From: Candidatus Omnitrophota bacterium
GTDB lineage: Bacteria > Omnitrophota > Omnitrophia > Omnitrophales > Aquincolibacteriaceae
DNA: 64,000 nucleotides
NCBI GenBank assembly: GCA_043732705.1
Contig: JAYTHE010000011.1
Span: forward strand, 71,605-135,604
Direction of reading: 5' to 3'
Shown: positions 30,301 through 32,460 of the stretch, one piece after another
How positions within the stretch are numbered: the first letter of the stretch is position 1
How the letters are laid out: every line of letters starts with the position of its first letter
Notes under the pieces: model-generated
Databases searched by the model: none
Seen by the model: only the letters and a program-made list of their open reading frames with translations
Told to the model about the DNA's origin: nothing
Translations under genes and position numbers: made by a program

Positions 30301-32460
30301 GCTGTCTCGTTGGACGACATTCGAACGACCCGGATATCTCGCATCAGGGCGGTCTAAAAATATGACATTCCCTCCCGGATCAACAGATGCCACATTGATG
30401 TATTGATTCAGCAAATGCCAGCCATGTGTATCCCAAATTTCAATTGTAAAATCATTTCGAATAACAAGCGCCAGCCGTCCGGCGTTTGAAAGATAAACCC
30501 GATCAATATCTTTCATTAGCCATTCTTTTTCAACCGCTTCCGTTTTCAGATTGAAAATTAAATACTTCTGGTTACTTCGATCCAAAATGACTGCCAACTG
30601 GGAATGAGGCAAAAAACTAACGTAAATATTATCTTCACGATCGCCGTAAATAACGCGGCGTGTCGGCCAGTGGACAAGCCGATATCGGCCCGTCTTCAAA
30701 TTCTTAAACAAAACCCAGTCTCCAGAACGGATGTGAGGTTCACCCCAAAGATTAGCTAGTTTAAAATCTTGTTGAATTTTCTCAAGGTCGTGAAACCGCA
30801 TTTCTGAGCGCGACTTTGCTTTTGATTGAAGCCCAGAAACTAGCTGAGAAACAACAGGATTAAGATTGACGCGCCGGTGCGTTAGTAATGCTGCTCCGGA
30901 AAGTGCAGCGGGTATATGCGCCTGTCCTAATACTTTCGCAACATTAGAGGGAGTCAGTTGATTGTGCATTTTCAAACCTTTTAACCTCAGCACAAAATCT
31001 TCGACTTCCTTTTCTAGATGCTGCCGCTTAACGACCATATCCCTGCCCGCTTCGTTTAAAAGCGAATCATACCGTCGAAAATCTAAAATTTTATTTTGTG
31101 CCGCTAAGTCTCGAATCAGCTGGTCATGCCAATTCTTGACGGTTTCTGGCGGTGCATTGTCGAGCAAATCATCGCGCAGTGCCCGGGCAAATGATTCAAA
31201 TAACAGCAATTCTCCGCCGCTTCGCACAAAGGATTTTCTCCACGACACGTCACTTCTCATGCGTTGAGTATAAAATTTTTCAACCGGCAAAGTATGGATA
31301 CGCGGCTGAATTACCGTATAAGCGATTCCGGCCTTCCGTAATTCTCCCGTCAATCCGGCAGTATGAAATCCGCCCACGACAGCGATTTGATTTCGTCCCG
31401 CACGCCCGGCAATGTTTTTTAAAATAGTCTTTTCACGACGCTGAGCATTTTTGTAAAACGAGACATAGACATTCACGGCTTCCGGAAGCTCTCTTTTTTG
31501 AATGGCATTCCAATCTTGGCGTGATAATTCCAGCGAAATTAATTTTCTCATCATCCGCGCGCGGTCAATCTTCTCATTCAATTGTGCAACATCCGGTAAT
31601 TTCAGCCACGGCGATTTTGTGCGTAATCGTGCTGACTCCATTTCCAACGATAAATTTTCAGCATTTTGATCAAGCCAGGCTTCGAAGGCCGGGTAGCGCC
31701 GGTTAAACTTCATTTTGCCCGCTGCGAGCAATAGTTTTTCAAGCCGGCTGCCGCGAGTGATTGCCTTTTGCTTTTCAAGCGTCTGCAACAGCAAGCCAAT
31801 GTGCGCGGGCTCACTCGCAAAAAGCGCTTCGGCCTGCGTCAATTCCCATAAAGCCGGCGGGTCGATTTTTTTTGCCTCGCAATAAAGTGCTTTTATTTTT
31901 TTATCAAGCAGCGGCAAAAGAATTTTCTTCTGTTCTGAGGCTTGATAAAAAAGATTTAACCCCTTTTCATAATCACTCCACTTTTCAAGCCCTGAAAATT
32001 CTGCCGTACCCGTCTCCGTAGCCAAGGCAGCTCCGGCCGCACCCGACAACTCACCGCGCGCATAAAATTGACGCAAAGCCCGGATTAGGTTTTTCCGGTC
32101 AGGGAAAGACTGAAAAAGTTGCGTGTCCAATATACCTTCCGCCCCTTCAACCCCAATCTGCTTTACACCGTAGCGGCGATTTAAAAAACGAACAAGTTGG
32201 TGAATATTATTCTGGGCATCCGGAATATCATGCGCATCTTGAATGAGTATCACGCGCAGCTTAGAGTTCTTTAAAAAATTTTCTGTAATCCTTCCAAATT
32301 GCTTGGGAATAATCAAACGCGTTAAATCCTGGTACGCAATTGGGTTGGACACAGGCGTGGCATAAACAGGCTGAACGATTTGTGTCGTCAGAAGGCACAC
32401 CACAAGAATCGCTACGCACCCTGTATTAAACAGTATTTTATGAAGGATTTTTTGCTTCAT
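1..32460 (-). CDS. Giant membrane-anchored midasin-like protein, >=10,820 aa, 3' end beyond window start. Order N to C: signal/TM anchor; ten beta-propeller/helical super-repeats; six tandem AAA+ (AAA_5/MoxR-type) domains; zincin-like HExxH linker; low-complexity tether; VWA/MIDAS domain; further propeller/helical module.
   Basis: ATG at 32458-32460 on the minus strand. An in-frame TGA lies 33 codons upstream (32557-32559) with no alternative start between. The N-terminus MKQKILHKILFNTGCVAILVVCLLTTQIVQPVYA is hydrophobic. I scanned the minus frame (plus-strand triplets starting at positions =1 mod 3, looking for tta/cta/tca) through 1-11040 and 15001-15600 and found no stop. The ORF track lists no ORF in this frame anywhere in 1-32460; the other minus frame and all plus frames carry only short ORFs. 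Hand-translated motifs agree (see domain features). Confidence 0.8.
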   Translation of the reverse strand, partial: MKQKILHKILFNTGCVAILVVCLLTTQIVQPVYATPVSNPIAYQDLTRLIIPKQFGRITENFLKNSKLRVILIQDAHDIPDAQNNIHQLVRFLNRRYGVKQIGVEGAEGILDTQLFQSFPDRKNLIRALRQFYARGELSGAAGAALATETGTAEFSGLEKWSDYEKGLNLFYQASEQKKILLPLLDKKIKALYCEAKKIDPPALWELTQAEALFASEPAHIGLLLQTLEKQKAITRGSRLEKLLLAAGKMKFNRRYPAFEAWLDQNAENLSLEMESARLRTKSPWLKLPDVAQLNEKIDRARMMRKLISLELSRQDWNAIQKRELPEAVNVYVSFYKNAQRREKTILKNIAGRAGRNQIAVVGGFHTAGLTGELRKAGIAYTVIQPRIHTLPVEKFYTQRMRSDVSWRKSFVRSGGELLLFESFARALRDDLLDNAPPETVKNWHDQLIRDLAAQNKILDFRRYDSLLNEAGRDMVVKRQHLEKEVEDFVLRLKGLKMHNQLTPSNVAKVLGQAHIPAALSGAALLTHRRVNLNPVVSQLVSGLQSKAKSRSEMRFHDLEKIQQDFKLANLWGEPHIRSGDWVLFKNLKTGRYRLVHWPTRRVIYGDREDNIYVSFLPHSQLAVILDRSNQKYLIFNLKTEAVEKEWLMKDIDRVYLSNAGRLALVIRNDFTIEIWDTHGWHLLNQYINVASVDPGGNVIFLDRPDARYPGRSNVVQRDSFIIIKKDGDAIKAGERIPLSSTAPSHSFTIRVSPEDGAVYFNEGGGLARNNWVMDINTRRPHADFKPPRGYEVSDVDFFGGGVAQAVYVQGDEAARAAFRGLAHAQKQTSFYRYRDGHYLPLQQPPATMDLSDVDTMKHTPFSGWIFLKSSKVRQQFYEPISGEVIPAPKDFTGMFRVDEFLVFFTNQKPPSGKPFVQLEIYGWSPERQRPQRIYLGTLEGSWNEHFADRNAFAVNHQFIYLNDKPDRSQSTTTHVVDVKNGTGSDFLLPGSWQLVTVDPFNGWLTYFMSRRFDKGKLSASPSYYYSQSLRDMLPKIKHEWGEAWELKLDLLSILFEFRVIHDEQSFDEYKKWLKALPLETILMIQNLLSPYYSLGELPRAARAVLIAMLKLPSLEHINSQLRDWGARLSRKPAATQSRAAGDDHPRNLWLATEHSAVLEPARSEFRQTVSDENVKIKSARSEQRQTSPEEYSATQNWLQTFGSVENYLAEADEGKFSPDGRWLVLWNKQEVVLVDLEGVMPVRRWRSDEGKNMLPPHFNQIDGSEGGILSTHLIVGFDLESDYAGKEKFKIIDLKTNHEEGGESARDFGGNGIQFTKDGRHIVLVKGEIEDGRCYLANLEGHEINAFGSTEQFDHFIFSLKHVFILTGEQYHLFDLKTQRELRSLPQAERPWFLNDGRWYQYGNKVFETVSGEMVWDHSAHPGHIELADPAGHWFLIRRPGPGYNDIDLYSVDGTNLHIFPGGASINALPNNQLLVMTMADTSGRKWKYQVFSLSALAYTSFNVVASGSQLSPDLSSVIFHGVGENDMVYDTRTWSLKHTTLEKGHSAFFFPGTKWMAWRQDRHGDFTILDSGNHTTIFPLGPVRMSPLEKDQSQILRKNKGQLLAEYGGIASSRLSPKIFDLERLPQVIRTLGNDFGRNTVFVLSLLNELTRSKLISDLKSYDFYLESIRKIPPSDLEEFAILCERFRFESPDTAPHLLDTALRRVDKTEALAMLRDAHARFKRMPAVPESRGGRDPRTDDHIWFAKKNPRRSELRSLNAENFEQFKTALLRWDNHDKAGSEIKKTRGFYTENGRWFVYGDGDVIKQVDLTNRVKDRIFKGAIRDHSKTKLVFSRDGQYGIFDFETGSENLIPESVVERKSEHDDDLFRLSSDRKYFITNSEKLLKLFDFDTGHQILEKISIKEIHFTHAEGDQYALVLDDKKQWHWVHVPTGRILHSFDINPRLDVNDIDPKLTPNLSGNGKWIIYAGKIYETKHFTFKSAPRGDDYQVLQGDFLIRQHSTRTNAGRQVRLSATDLTDGKKYSLLTTPSAINVQFGNYRLWFRAGEGKTFSTVFDLNKKEVKTFPQEMSFAEYDEEYFMATYSDGRSFIYDNTDLKPVAQLEDGPYDTEQGFSINDGIALVEKDGNRRLLDAKTGKVIYYLGYRPHSFSMHPTNGDFMVSLPLHDPDFRGKIRGNEKLWNWKNRNSEIDYLQSRFHDIAPYVMHILSWLMIGGVIQTSADYDAALKLLQDLNPSTYNILGLCIERLVRYFELSGGGKSFSFLNTLKQFKDSSPYALQILLLLLNSKVIRGEQDDELVLSLLQRVQPDQFLILLSKLTDLLKHPQFAAEKHRDVILHFLNAENPAQMAKLLRQRWERKPGEASAPDSGASPTTPDSIWLTSSDQRSEMRYADFKKTFLTHDFNLPRLWGVPYGSGGDWLVFHRSQRQNRLVHWPTRRVIYGENENHIELRPQANRALILEYEKRYIAFDLKTEKIVKEWPLSDVKHIDLSWDGRLACVIHKDLRMEVLDTQDWHQLNEYKNVTSVRFIQNGIFLERPGSGKDDNPDEPGMVRNIEPDSIVVIEKAGDRLKAGEKIPVPVNATQMSVRISPDGKVVFISPIPKAYHRRSGYLPSWIMDYESRRPHPDFIAPHPKWSPLTVDFFEGQLARVTYVNPQDGKDQETILYRYRNGHYLPLEQPAHTAALSDIDKIKSTPFPGWVFLQSKTSRQSFYEPNTGKVIETPSGFIFQDAGNFSIFYKNYHSALAPFAEVKVFSWDAASREPRIIYQDNLKGGDYGRGGDKFFDARGPNLCILESGPNLHVIHAEKKSHEVIALPDGFHVRSFLAMDDWPLIYLVNPVGSPNSDPQYEAMLLYSKQMHQDDSQLKQELGGEAWLSKLFLLALFDELGLIYDESTFALYFQAFGHIKSNAAFKDIWDAFIQRSNAINFKSLEVRASIENFLRNPGEGKLGTILEHLAARATRLRGENSRPKNPGDVATDQELWLTEHALAEQRSELRQISAAQFEALKPVLHEYLALEKYTSNPQGAEFSKDGKWMLVSNQIQGANPQSTWLVNLATGKAVKHWLSGKLHIHFTDLNQVLITDSDSPQSIGKTPLLYDLSTGVETNLLKLTGERSLVSLRQANSARYLYAVGRKKLYIFDLQKTELIFSYQVPSGDHPLDATHLDDGRFIVQWSQRFDLISSKGTLIRNFSSDNAGIGTVRVSNLTHRLVTGKKIYDLDTFKPLSMPDHISNFIDSSGQWLSLYLSRSIILFDLKTGKKSVDFKRFEGFVDVKFDPSGRMAYFYKWPFRSQPSGESAYGEWHQWDLHRQDWTGRRLLSYDDSSIRISPKGKWLLASLGISRDKRREQLAFIDPLSFKVISRFNLPRVPGQVYFIAEFSRDEKYAYVKPKAGFNHFLVECETGKVVLKVPEVGIFQSNNVFEQRELYAPQYLANHHPSRLIPFGNDDALQNLKKDFGLAYPYVLNLLARAYQWGWIASADEMNRLLKLWSGAGRAQIELASVAMEQVLRSQRFRRNQDLPSIQHALNNAQCGKLMEALRDRFQRQVAAPHIPDLAKPSDPTGNSPALWLAGTEHGQGGVVVRSEMRPIRVSKKDVAGMKTELERFHWPAKERFRAAQLIEGGKYLLASKHERGNGDGFELVFRVEGERLIPLDYFPRDKQFYSVGNGMVFYNNLTFGSYEPAEGLLDLATGAVVDTFPFPTSTIFHRFHSEFPLIILHDEKAEQHVLRNYQTHENIVVQPDVDIYAAIEFLGKERVVVRESASRRDRIKGMMFERIARSGLEFILQEESHLNLAANDLAALYGSTGLVMTYPMNNQFRSENDFHFRAYDMRTGESVKEFEDKLVLVSDRLGQVHTRDDNGHHMLWEWPSKKIIREWDDKWGSHEKFLNDPDEYFNLIQTGMDASHYLGELSGHKNSNHVRMLAFSSDGKTYAERKGMDTFELHETSTRRLIRRIPGRTTFYFSRQGEYLYVRIYDMRNITQGGQQMIMDAVTGKILQPYRQIDLTHPPSAPGDTMLVNLMGHHFAKWLPIKITDMLSRKIFNRWKFDGIFILNILAWLNQLHLLETKADWQFYLNHLQQIPCEDLKGISIALEAILFQHEEADAKNMVASILRSGSPDSFLTQMQLYLSRIERKRSGKEIDLGLPKPGTNELWLTGVLGGGSAAVVLVKRRSESRKISTKDYEAFKKALQDWSSPEKLLPGAQESYFSKDGRWWILSNSSWTLVMDLTGAVQARRVPGKMVRATNEKLLLLSGRAFRNYDLVSGAEQAIHTGIAEVAWVSPGEKYFYFKSSGAKRGLIEFKTGKPPVFLPGPVEAVLFPAGRKEDDLALVLDVENHLFWMNLSTGEKLHGFGKQPEVIDKSGVSDDGQWILLNNDVYETKHFTSRALPRHFKAYNYIFFLGSFLVLRTDGEQDPKGEQHLSVLDLRSGEEFPLMTDISITIQQDPQNRWLWFQGSKNHAPSAEQFKSVFDLRSRTIRQLSEPVSRPEYSETGERFAALTPDGRATVFDNVTLAPIAKLKSKRGNSNFEFSPDGAVVTTSDAEDEENSRYLFDSQTGEIIFYLGIPYDGDQAKDFHARWGEYAGRLITWVDEDDYHYQFKLWNWKNLNPEISKIQRRLKDDAPYVMHLLASLFDAGVIRDSADYSLVTQLLKKIPAKILPLAALGIEKIIRNSKFNLEKGRTVIFDILKRHDDAAALAMATLERMSREQGEAGRAEKLMPPDASKGDAGLWLQGVAEASKRSEVRTAGDWKTRTFLDLVREIKTFTLIEDRKNKEIQGRKNEFDWRTRPELDFSFSDFSRDGSKFCAAIGAWMEIWDLKTLQLLRRLKRVQAGSMADFTSNAFVYNLHFSTNEKYLIEGERNGIKRIFALNPADGFVLETQWFSQVVFSPDGRFCLTVGEDWKQATLYHLDSKEAPRTFNLRGIEQAAFSSDSRYFSLLAGEEVEVREPVHGTLIQHYAQIQNFRFSPRGTYRIIKRPRSRGPATESVYPIKGTESLAWIDRDTEHVDFSSDEAFALLKKKNIVELRNAQTGVLIEAFQYPQQPSFDPVAGRLFIKNVNAERFSVRDLKTGVILADNLEFPIERQGVNFQSSRGRMFRDSTDGDYQLLDDDQKLMLAHSLRNLKIAGDESVALIRRTWQSPRHEANTSDFVVDLKPGSLFRHFEKNAVNAMQILGVLINAHYILTQQDLNWFIQSLDELNTDPSAMEALAQFMEHLEGLAPWSKVPRETFVRLWEHPRNFKARFQDWEKRDARQPADDDKKKTGKDLPGGDPLWLEDEKKPARSEMRASGDWRLRSFYEMVKEVLIFRLSQRQINFDDSWIDKGWLYSLGKRSDPNSAVFSPDDKKLFMPIQDSSSAEIWDLEHRKRLHEFGQGSGSKNGAWQIGNEFGGSFSPDGKYFTLTGLTDIGKQVVALDKNDEFVDPNEAFSSVVFSPDKNYCLVIELDGTQRANLYDLRLKKLLRRFNMTGVLDASFSPDSRSLILHSGGLFELYDVRSARSLQQYMQIQSFRFSPKGTYRIVQRSVGGLKHSTEFVYPLRGVSQALAFAGNDSLRVQFSPDEKLVLLEKIDHFEMRDVASGVELEKWEKSFVPSFDPMGGRLWIENKQTKKFSVRNLGDGHVIADDLDYPLKQAGTKFQISESKVPADGTSDTKYRLLNIDGTDWGLPLAGLKIAPQETRALMRQVLPPASPRDSPTTLDHVVDLRPDSLFSHFGANALSAMLILSALVDSRYIVTQEDFKWFVDSLDGLQNHPDKMRELAAFLLEFNNTANWEEIPREEFLQLWENPGEFQNKLKAWRFRNQRVTGKSVRPADSSPDGNPLWLMGEGAAPVNSLKKKIARSEIREIKKEIRNFITQFRAEAEQSGMAGFIRDLPEWMTHHWDEAEKNMHTRLASIEAEARQRIDHPDEWMRQLRAYLVLSTLPESLISHYENSDELDPLKVNERINYVHAAIFSGTTDRLSESVPEKLKVFTARLQSLFQWKTFYGRSGKVADFELDHFVVNYLLAKKPQLTEVLEHVIARQDWPEIFEDWYQQARKDMGEVEDLKVMREISQLYRLHYSGRDYVAVTPGNEASKKDPELRPYDANIIGAVFSLGLKSLLYKLNAREEIEGDELEMQALVKKDMRHLRQMMTITFNTARINPEDNLGPLLDFGEVKRICQNGLGVLKENYFPMASELDLLEALAAISNTSRENLRVVTGKLLGRDTETGDKYLRIIGQSVDRFKQIGLILGYVGQEAFDQIPFGALRDKYGLSENQQEYDRMLEVIAKISRSAGSGTAELLKELFDLYKDHAGNTLDDFNKLMQCFSYFVRVVNFHYEFEQMVTKHEIGQVNDEAYYVSLRDLKKTLKIARRYFDGKRDIREALELALRRRYVHRLNSDEDRSRVRMALVANRLIDPKEELDSIYDITGYEAGSREIIITERRREKIKQYLQRENATDTGERLPGKEVIAHSTEQSPPWELLRIQLKKPLEPGDIAQDVIFNQTTRKNLAHLLLAMDLDDEKGFNPILEFGYTAGGKSTLAALAAKITGSGYTRIQINERTDEFDLFGSFQPYEMQISLKEAVERLEEALDRGEWNDLEEALSRMLTGNEGQFWSAFFTEEERAGIIGTATGDEMRQKQQAAIRSRLIQRIQNRIERGKMLTQLGAVKFDENQKKEADEIRTLAYLMNHEIGLRYMEGRFITAYKKGDLILLDEVNLANEEMLGVLYQLLTMGWLQYHGKIIEPETSRRPRVIATANPSSYAGRKRMSEAFMNRFEILWVKEMNGQEMFEILYGTMQKDLIRLRGYTPEHFMRAQGESEIEFQKRIDSYLQQEFGVTQRELIALADTQRGLNQYLLGGRFNMGADSNYMFTIRDYLRIYRDILERKQVGQELNLESWIRESFMLFSGVLLRSDVYLLNSDAIKNDLSYERLRNIFCVQMGDLFRGQFSTAQDAFDNLIERNFKTIEMRHNDQSKTVSIDGIETHGKARTVRRWTEPLVFVESTKYAMTQVVKGFRQNQPVLVVGQSGGGKSDVIADAAYKLGWDYVSVSLGDATLEDLLGSMEYDKKEKRFVYRPGVLIKAMNQGSALVLEEINMAKPGILEILNEYFDEGTFTNPFTLQKVKVSPDFRLFATMNPVDGVTGQNSGRVHLSPALRSRFREVWIPAEKSASEMDEILQKLFEQYDLKFDSAVSLKIQAFFKEYREVFRHRGEPAYYTSLRDLRRVVKAMGYWNARGMKMDAALARAMHRVYELRMQNAADGETVRGVLKKANIKQFEVKVPRYHLDAGRLQFFDDQQLVAEFDFGVQSSKLENELRHEMEAAMQGMPRQQIDSAVQVKLNNTLSDSRLVENRRTLENLMTLAESTALENSDVQNGKFNPVLLIGETAGGKSSLVRFFALNLLRQGYTRIQFSERTDAYDLFGSYEPREMNISTDQAVRVIQNSMEGGQWVKLKRAMDLIQYGQSAISDDQTLSAEWDDIWSAEIAAMREKITEWLRTADSSDPQIKEDAIRKIKSLALLTHNGVLNVELDFREGRLLNAMKHGHVTMLDEMNIANEEVLAVLYQLLTLGFIETYNKDSGQVEKIYPAAGFKLIATGNPTTYEGRNQLSEALMNRFEMQFVKNMPAAEAAEIVETEMMRNKKVFGGTTIEHDVISKLAAFQDHLNKHLAEGDFPSARAGTTQGYMFTLRNLKKIIKNTGYLIRMRGRAPPPSARELSSMILEQAYLEYSGILGRSPIETAAFRRLFIAPEFFPNFNPSQIKISFSSGIDRISRRPTVEVGGFRLRGRHYERGGPSQDAQVVEELADSEQTDLIRLAVAKGLMDPRQAVLLIGQSGGGKTEIVADLARRLNWKYVSVSLANANMERLVGSFERDEETKKFRYVAGVLVQAMQEGSILVLEEINMMPSGLVEILNEYFDEGTFTNPLTGVKIKIHPNFRLFATMNPLQGVTGASGGRAGFSPAMRSRFSEVWVAHEKTSGEVEAIIRKKFSNRQVEVSKKTVEEIRRTYFAFAAKVEGQQIGKENDDNEGYYASLRDVVKVVDWVAQDMRRGIAEEDALRHALKRIYDRRLGNETDHALVRKDVFPQYHFENQDYAWHDEGDAYHIYRGNLFIASVSKAILQERGFVMTEEARQQMGYLLDGFYRDPEYARRFNPMMLLGETSGGKSTMIELAVHLWNQNVTASEQVGFRRIQMNPRTDEYDLLGSYQPVELNLSLQESYQVLQESLQGRNFRVLEKSLQTLGFSREQLQRLAGIPAGHQVSQQELIKKFIREYVLKGARQNNGRLRDLTRSIAALVHNGSIGIDLEFKKGLLLEAMGDRDQGVAGQVVLLDEFNLANEDAIGILYQLLTLGYIEYQGRKIFPGTGFQLLVSGNPASYSGRNRMSEAFMNRFEIMRVPEITPQEMAEILMHKYSLQETNISMELLVQLATMQKDIHDRSRHNYFEQFNIDDTYRFALRNLERIVKDAKVRAQHNPIAGADGTQYADYQAALLREAWIEYAGLLGQTTIDDYPEMKARMKNSASRSPATRRAKPVASKKKKKAEAETSPESVPPAEALPDNLSKLRKLFEQYLNWNPESDDFFKTFHRLRRVSNEGVDWLELGGVWVPRLTVYDILEGTLKEIQIEMGQVALTYQGGQPALPKLDPEALRSYFEQEMEAARLGGDERSPKAILYDKVQAWAKQEFGTYPDLMKAVLKLIHERLYTQADRIEKLVELQSTQIERIQIMKLFRDGGLVERRNEKGEVVWVHQSQPLALIGQSGGGKTEMLADIARELGWAYVSVALGAATVESLIGYFVIDETTGTFQFKKGDLIRAMESGSLCVLEELNMADSAVIEILNEYFDRGTLTIQGQKVQVNIHPNFRLAGTMNPLEGRTGMNSGRVPLSPALRSRFREVWVRSQRSKGEQYRMMLGGIQSFVQAMIERGLPEESSTDLDVAEALGGTRRQIAGMSGEDIPHGGSPFLAMSSQSSSSVGQPGGILKMAKPIAAFGEGGLPENLPSKGEWEKMPVEKKKQIYEDTFSAVTKGMDITLKASEEGWAWQPSTRTLFYDEKMINVLSLNALIGVGIHEAMHRYGTRYLYQFAEFFDPFGVAAHVFNILEDGRIENWARMLFQGAATPLKATNDEVIFKEKNPEELIQKMVFGKPGEPIDDVNALLNFFLFMAKRGWDADAMQMIPNFIKKLGERDPELAADAQELVDGGIFGGGTEQDMVGVLNDYEEQKHLTAEEKSQLRRRISPMRGVFSLVPVRKNDRGVWEFDRYPSEQSLQELSLQQGVLIREIILPRVYKWFVKSVQKGMQGQGRPGQGQGGKGQRGQKSGQSQSGKKGQKGEPGEGDEKGESEEGDASATMPRSGKGEGNQPPQSGQTKGWKEWAREYRTLPDHVRRQILDEMKKEYEDEGKAVDRTAKDAKDFQQAKRDHEGARPMSERDRLMAWPLISRMINELTGYLRDLILNSTRPKWERHKKKGRLNVQDLIQAIAHGFSNGLNVFEHRIIPQKKNIKFTIIVDESGSMAGMGEPGQKAEQKATDKGYKTLIGVTLIAEVLEALGIDFAIRGYGTGTHLHKRFKGQKIPDDKRKEYERPGHEAIPDGYSTKKDRDAVVDDLHNSIGAYGGNDEGPALEAAIRDIEKAGGDRHFVMVLTDGVGDIKSIQTILERIRKNNGLIGRTKTDFLGIGLGDDTAIVPDVYGHEWSIYLHDDEVSKLPAALKTLLQEIIRSVFYNRKGSGNFSKFQRAALAGILGAASQAVNSRSKARSEMRSTGKISLKAAQELVREWTWLDRKRSGVKRDTILFTEGGRSYFGQRRDWKQSYRYTDIKTGQRKPAELTRDQLEEIARKYFDAHGYPWRNKYNHVQGPSHDADYSPDGKLRYFQADYYHHDGGEQYPQTFVGILIDSATLEPVTKYGTNFRHCTFSQNGFLALSDLKGSRVTIFEQSTGRQLETYYGFEHAEVSPDQTKVLLWKFNYPDKKPAEIWDRKTRTRIVAFGKDPSFPKFVGNDYVTYNENAESGPGNPGNWYVESLKTGHKLLIRKNFSGERKIWTVDASAVFMVGPDETLKPSMGIPDHPLYWIDQAGKLRKVMRTSEYGIAGFDGEYLLLNIANHPRLLPLAKWFQDPLLRSLRHFFGGDDYYGLEFLAQVLRLKLIRNDKELELFMSRLREFYRTSKGHRFSFVAFIASRLMQFNGHRLTEQERTTLRDITLRQATEQVLPLLQQLLERHQRMSMPPEASTENQDGDKGSLWFSGGPVAAVVELQRSEMRLPLWVSQLYQKTVWKVFKRWQPDLSEGYQKVSPEEKAAYDARWRQLFIDASWSIQSLHAAWKLSRHFIYSKWDLSQRNSVLDFIRVMRPQVSFSDFPAWLWVWLYTNLRDVPFDLAKPYIRRVQVLARDMDLSHPQWIRVIFDATKIELGHIRAVFQTSVFQIWNAQQQELFWEYYFDGMTLSLKTEREFMKKLNAERAFFNEIQKILISVKSAEQAEALHRIFADLHLKTQGQPVGKGRRKTTERMQLHAAVNKLLEQFYARATRQPDSSVQPEPRTGDSGSLWLGNGTKRSEARGFGEAIFTAFRWLAVPFLMGWYRLFHKSHAIEEPKIQPHYSISNMRLTAIMRELSPYSGAFWMLNQILQNEYFNKLTYLERSFFAELYARCFALIPLDFGSVVAVVYFFRGLRLFHIDRSRGATARHPRELIFTEDEIRRIAAEFKILSEPQFLPDAATQVAFVQRDADHHWANYIVQIYSLISRPAYLALPEEIRRKLLRGMVQGQELTRNNDFPPTPLFGKLQHGGSSDEALVAGFFDLWLSIPDQPLQRALLDIWSRRPGAALNLVVIYGMLQKSQMGSVMEQQDWLNLLV
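3400..4060 (-). other. VWA domain with an intact MIDAS motif, at the C-terminal side of the AAA hexad.
   Basis: Verified translation KFTIIVDESGSMAGMGEPGQKAEQKAT at 3961-4062 (DxSxS = DESGS). Downstream reads ...AYGGNDEGPALEAAIRDIEKAGGDRHFVMVLTDGVGD. Confidence 0.75.
4450..4680 (-). other. Low-complexity Gly/Gln/Lys/Glu-rich tether between the linker and the MIDAS domain.
   Basis: Encodes MQGQGRPGQGQGGKGQRGQKSGQSQSGKKGQKGEPGEGDEKGESEEGDASA. It is visible on the plus strand as a run of cct/ttt/ccc/gac-rich triplets. No stop codons. Confidence 0.7.
5200..5340 (-). other. Zincin-like metallopeptidase motif (HExxH plus a downstream Glu) in the linker between AAA6 and the MIDAS domain.
   Basis: Hand translation verified: VLSLNALIGVGIHEAMHRYGT (5281-5342), then PFGVAAHVFNILEDGRIENW (5221-5280). 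This is HEAMH with a Glu 28 residues later. Confidence 0.4.
5800..6340 (-). other. AAA+ domain 6 (AAA_5-type, variant Walker B) of gene B.
   Basis: Walker A LALIGQSGGGKTEM verified at 6241-6300. LCVLEELNMADS verified at 6061-6100. FRLAGTMNPLEGRTGMNSGRVPLSPALRSRFREVWV at ~5850-5960. Confidence 0.7.
7300..8120 (-). other. AAA+ domain 5 (AAA_5/MoxR-type) of gene B.
   Basis: Walker A PMMLLGETSGGKST verified at ~8031-8076. Walker B VVLLDEFNLANEDA. FQLLVSGNPASYSGRNRMSEAFMNRFE at ~7350-7440. Confidence 0.7.
8580..9110 (-). other. AAA+ domain 4 (AAA_5-type, variant Walker B) of gene B.
   Basis: Walker A RQAVLLIGQSGGGKTEIVAD verified at 9001-9060. ILVLEEINMM verified at 8821-8868. FRLFATMNPLQGVTGASGGRAGFSPAMRSRFSEVWV at ~8620-8740. 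Confidence 0.7.
9650..10450 (-). other. AAA+ domain 3 (AAA_5/MoxR-type) of gene B.
   Basis: Walker A VLLIGETAGGKSS at ~10347-10385. Walker B VTMLDEMNIANEEV. FKLIATGNPTTYEGRNQLSEALMNRFE at ~9700-9775. Confidence 0.7.
10950..11520 (-). other. AAA+ domain 2 (AAA_5-type, variant Walker B) of gene B.
   Basis: Walker A VLVVGQSGGGKSDVIAD verified at 11401-11460. Walker B position reads ALVLEEINMAKPG (EE instead of DE), verified at 11221-11280. FRLFATMNPVDGVTGQNSGRVHLSPALRSRFREVWI at ~11045-11160. Confidence 0.7.
12150..13050 (-). other. AAA+ domain 1 (AAA_5/MoxR-type) of gene B.
   Basis: Walker A FGYTAGGKST at ~12913-12939. Walker B LILLDEVNLANEEM at ~12365-12405. Sensor/arginine region PRVIATANPSSYAGRKRMSEAFMNRFE at ~12180-12300. 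Confidence 0.7.
14900..31000 (-). repeat. Ten tandem ~1.75-kb (~590-aa) in-frame super-repeats in gene B. Each has a PD40/WD40-like beta-propeller plus a helical segment with a conserved LWL...RSEMR motif.
   Basis: Verified motif copies, approximate minus-strand positions: 30810 KSRSEMRFHD; 29040/28950 NLWLATEH...PARSEFRQT; 27210 HIWFAKKNPRRSELRSL; 25320 SIWLTSSDQRSEMRYADF; 23520/23470 ELWLTEHALAEQRSELRQI; 21760/21710 ALWLAGTEHGQGGVVVRSEMRPI; 20010/19950 ELWLTGVLGGG...RRSESRKI; 18290/18240 GLWLQGVAEASKRSEVRTAGDW; 16660/16610 PLWLEDEKKPARSEMRASGDW; 15000/14950 PLWLMGEGAAPVNSLKKKIARSEIRE. Spacing is 1630-1910 nt. Blade-like FSPDG[KR]/FSKDG[KR]W segments recur between the motifs. Confidence 0.65.
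32341..32460 (-). other. N-terminal signal peptide or signal-anchor of gene B.
   Basis: Hand translation: MKQKILHKILFNTGCVAILVVCLLTTQIVQPVYATPVSNP. A basic n-region, a ~20-residue hydrophobic core and an AxA-like site (VYA|TP). Confidence 0.5.
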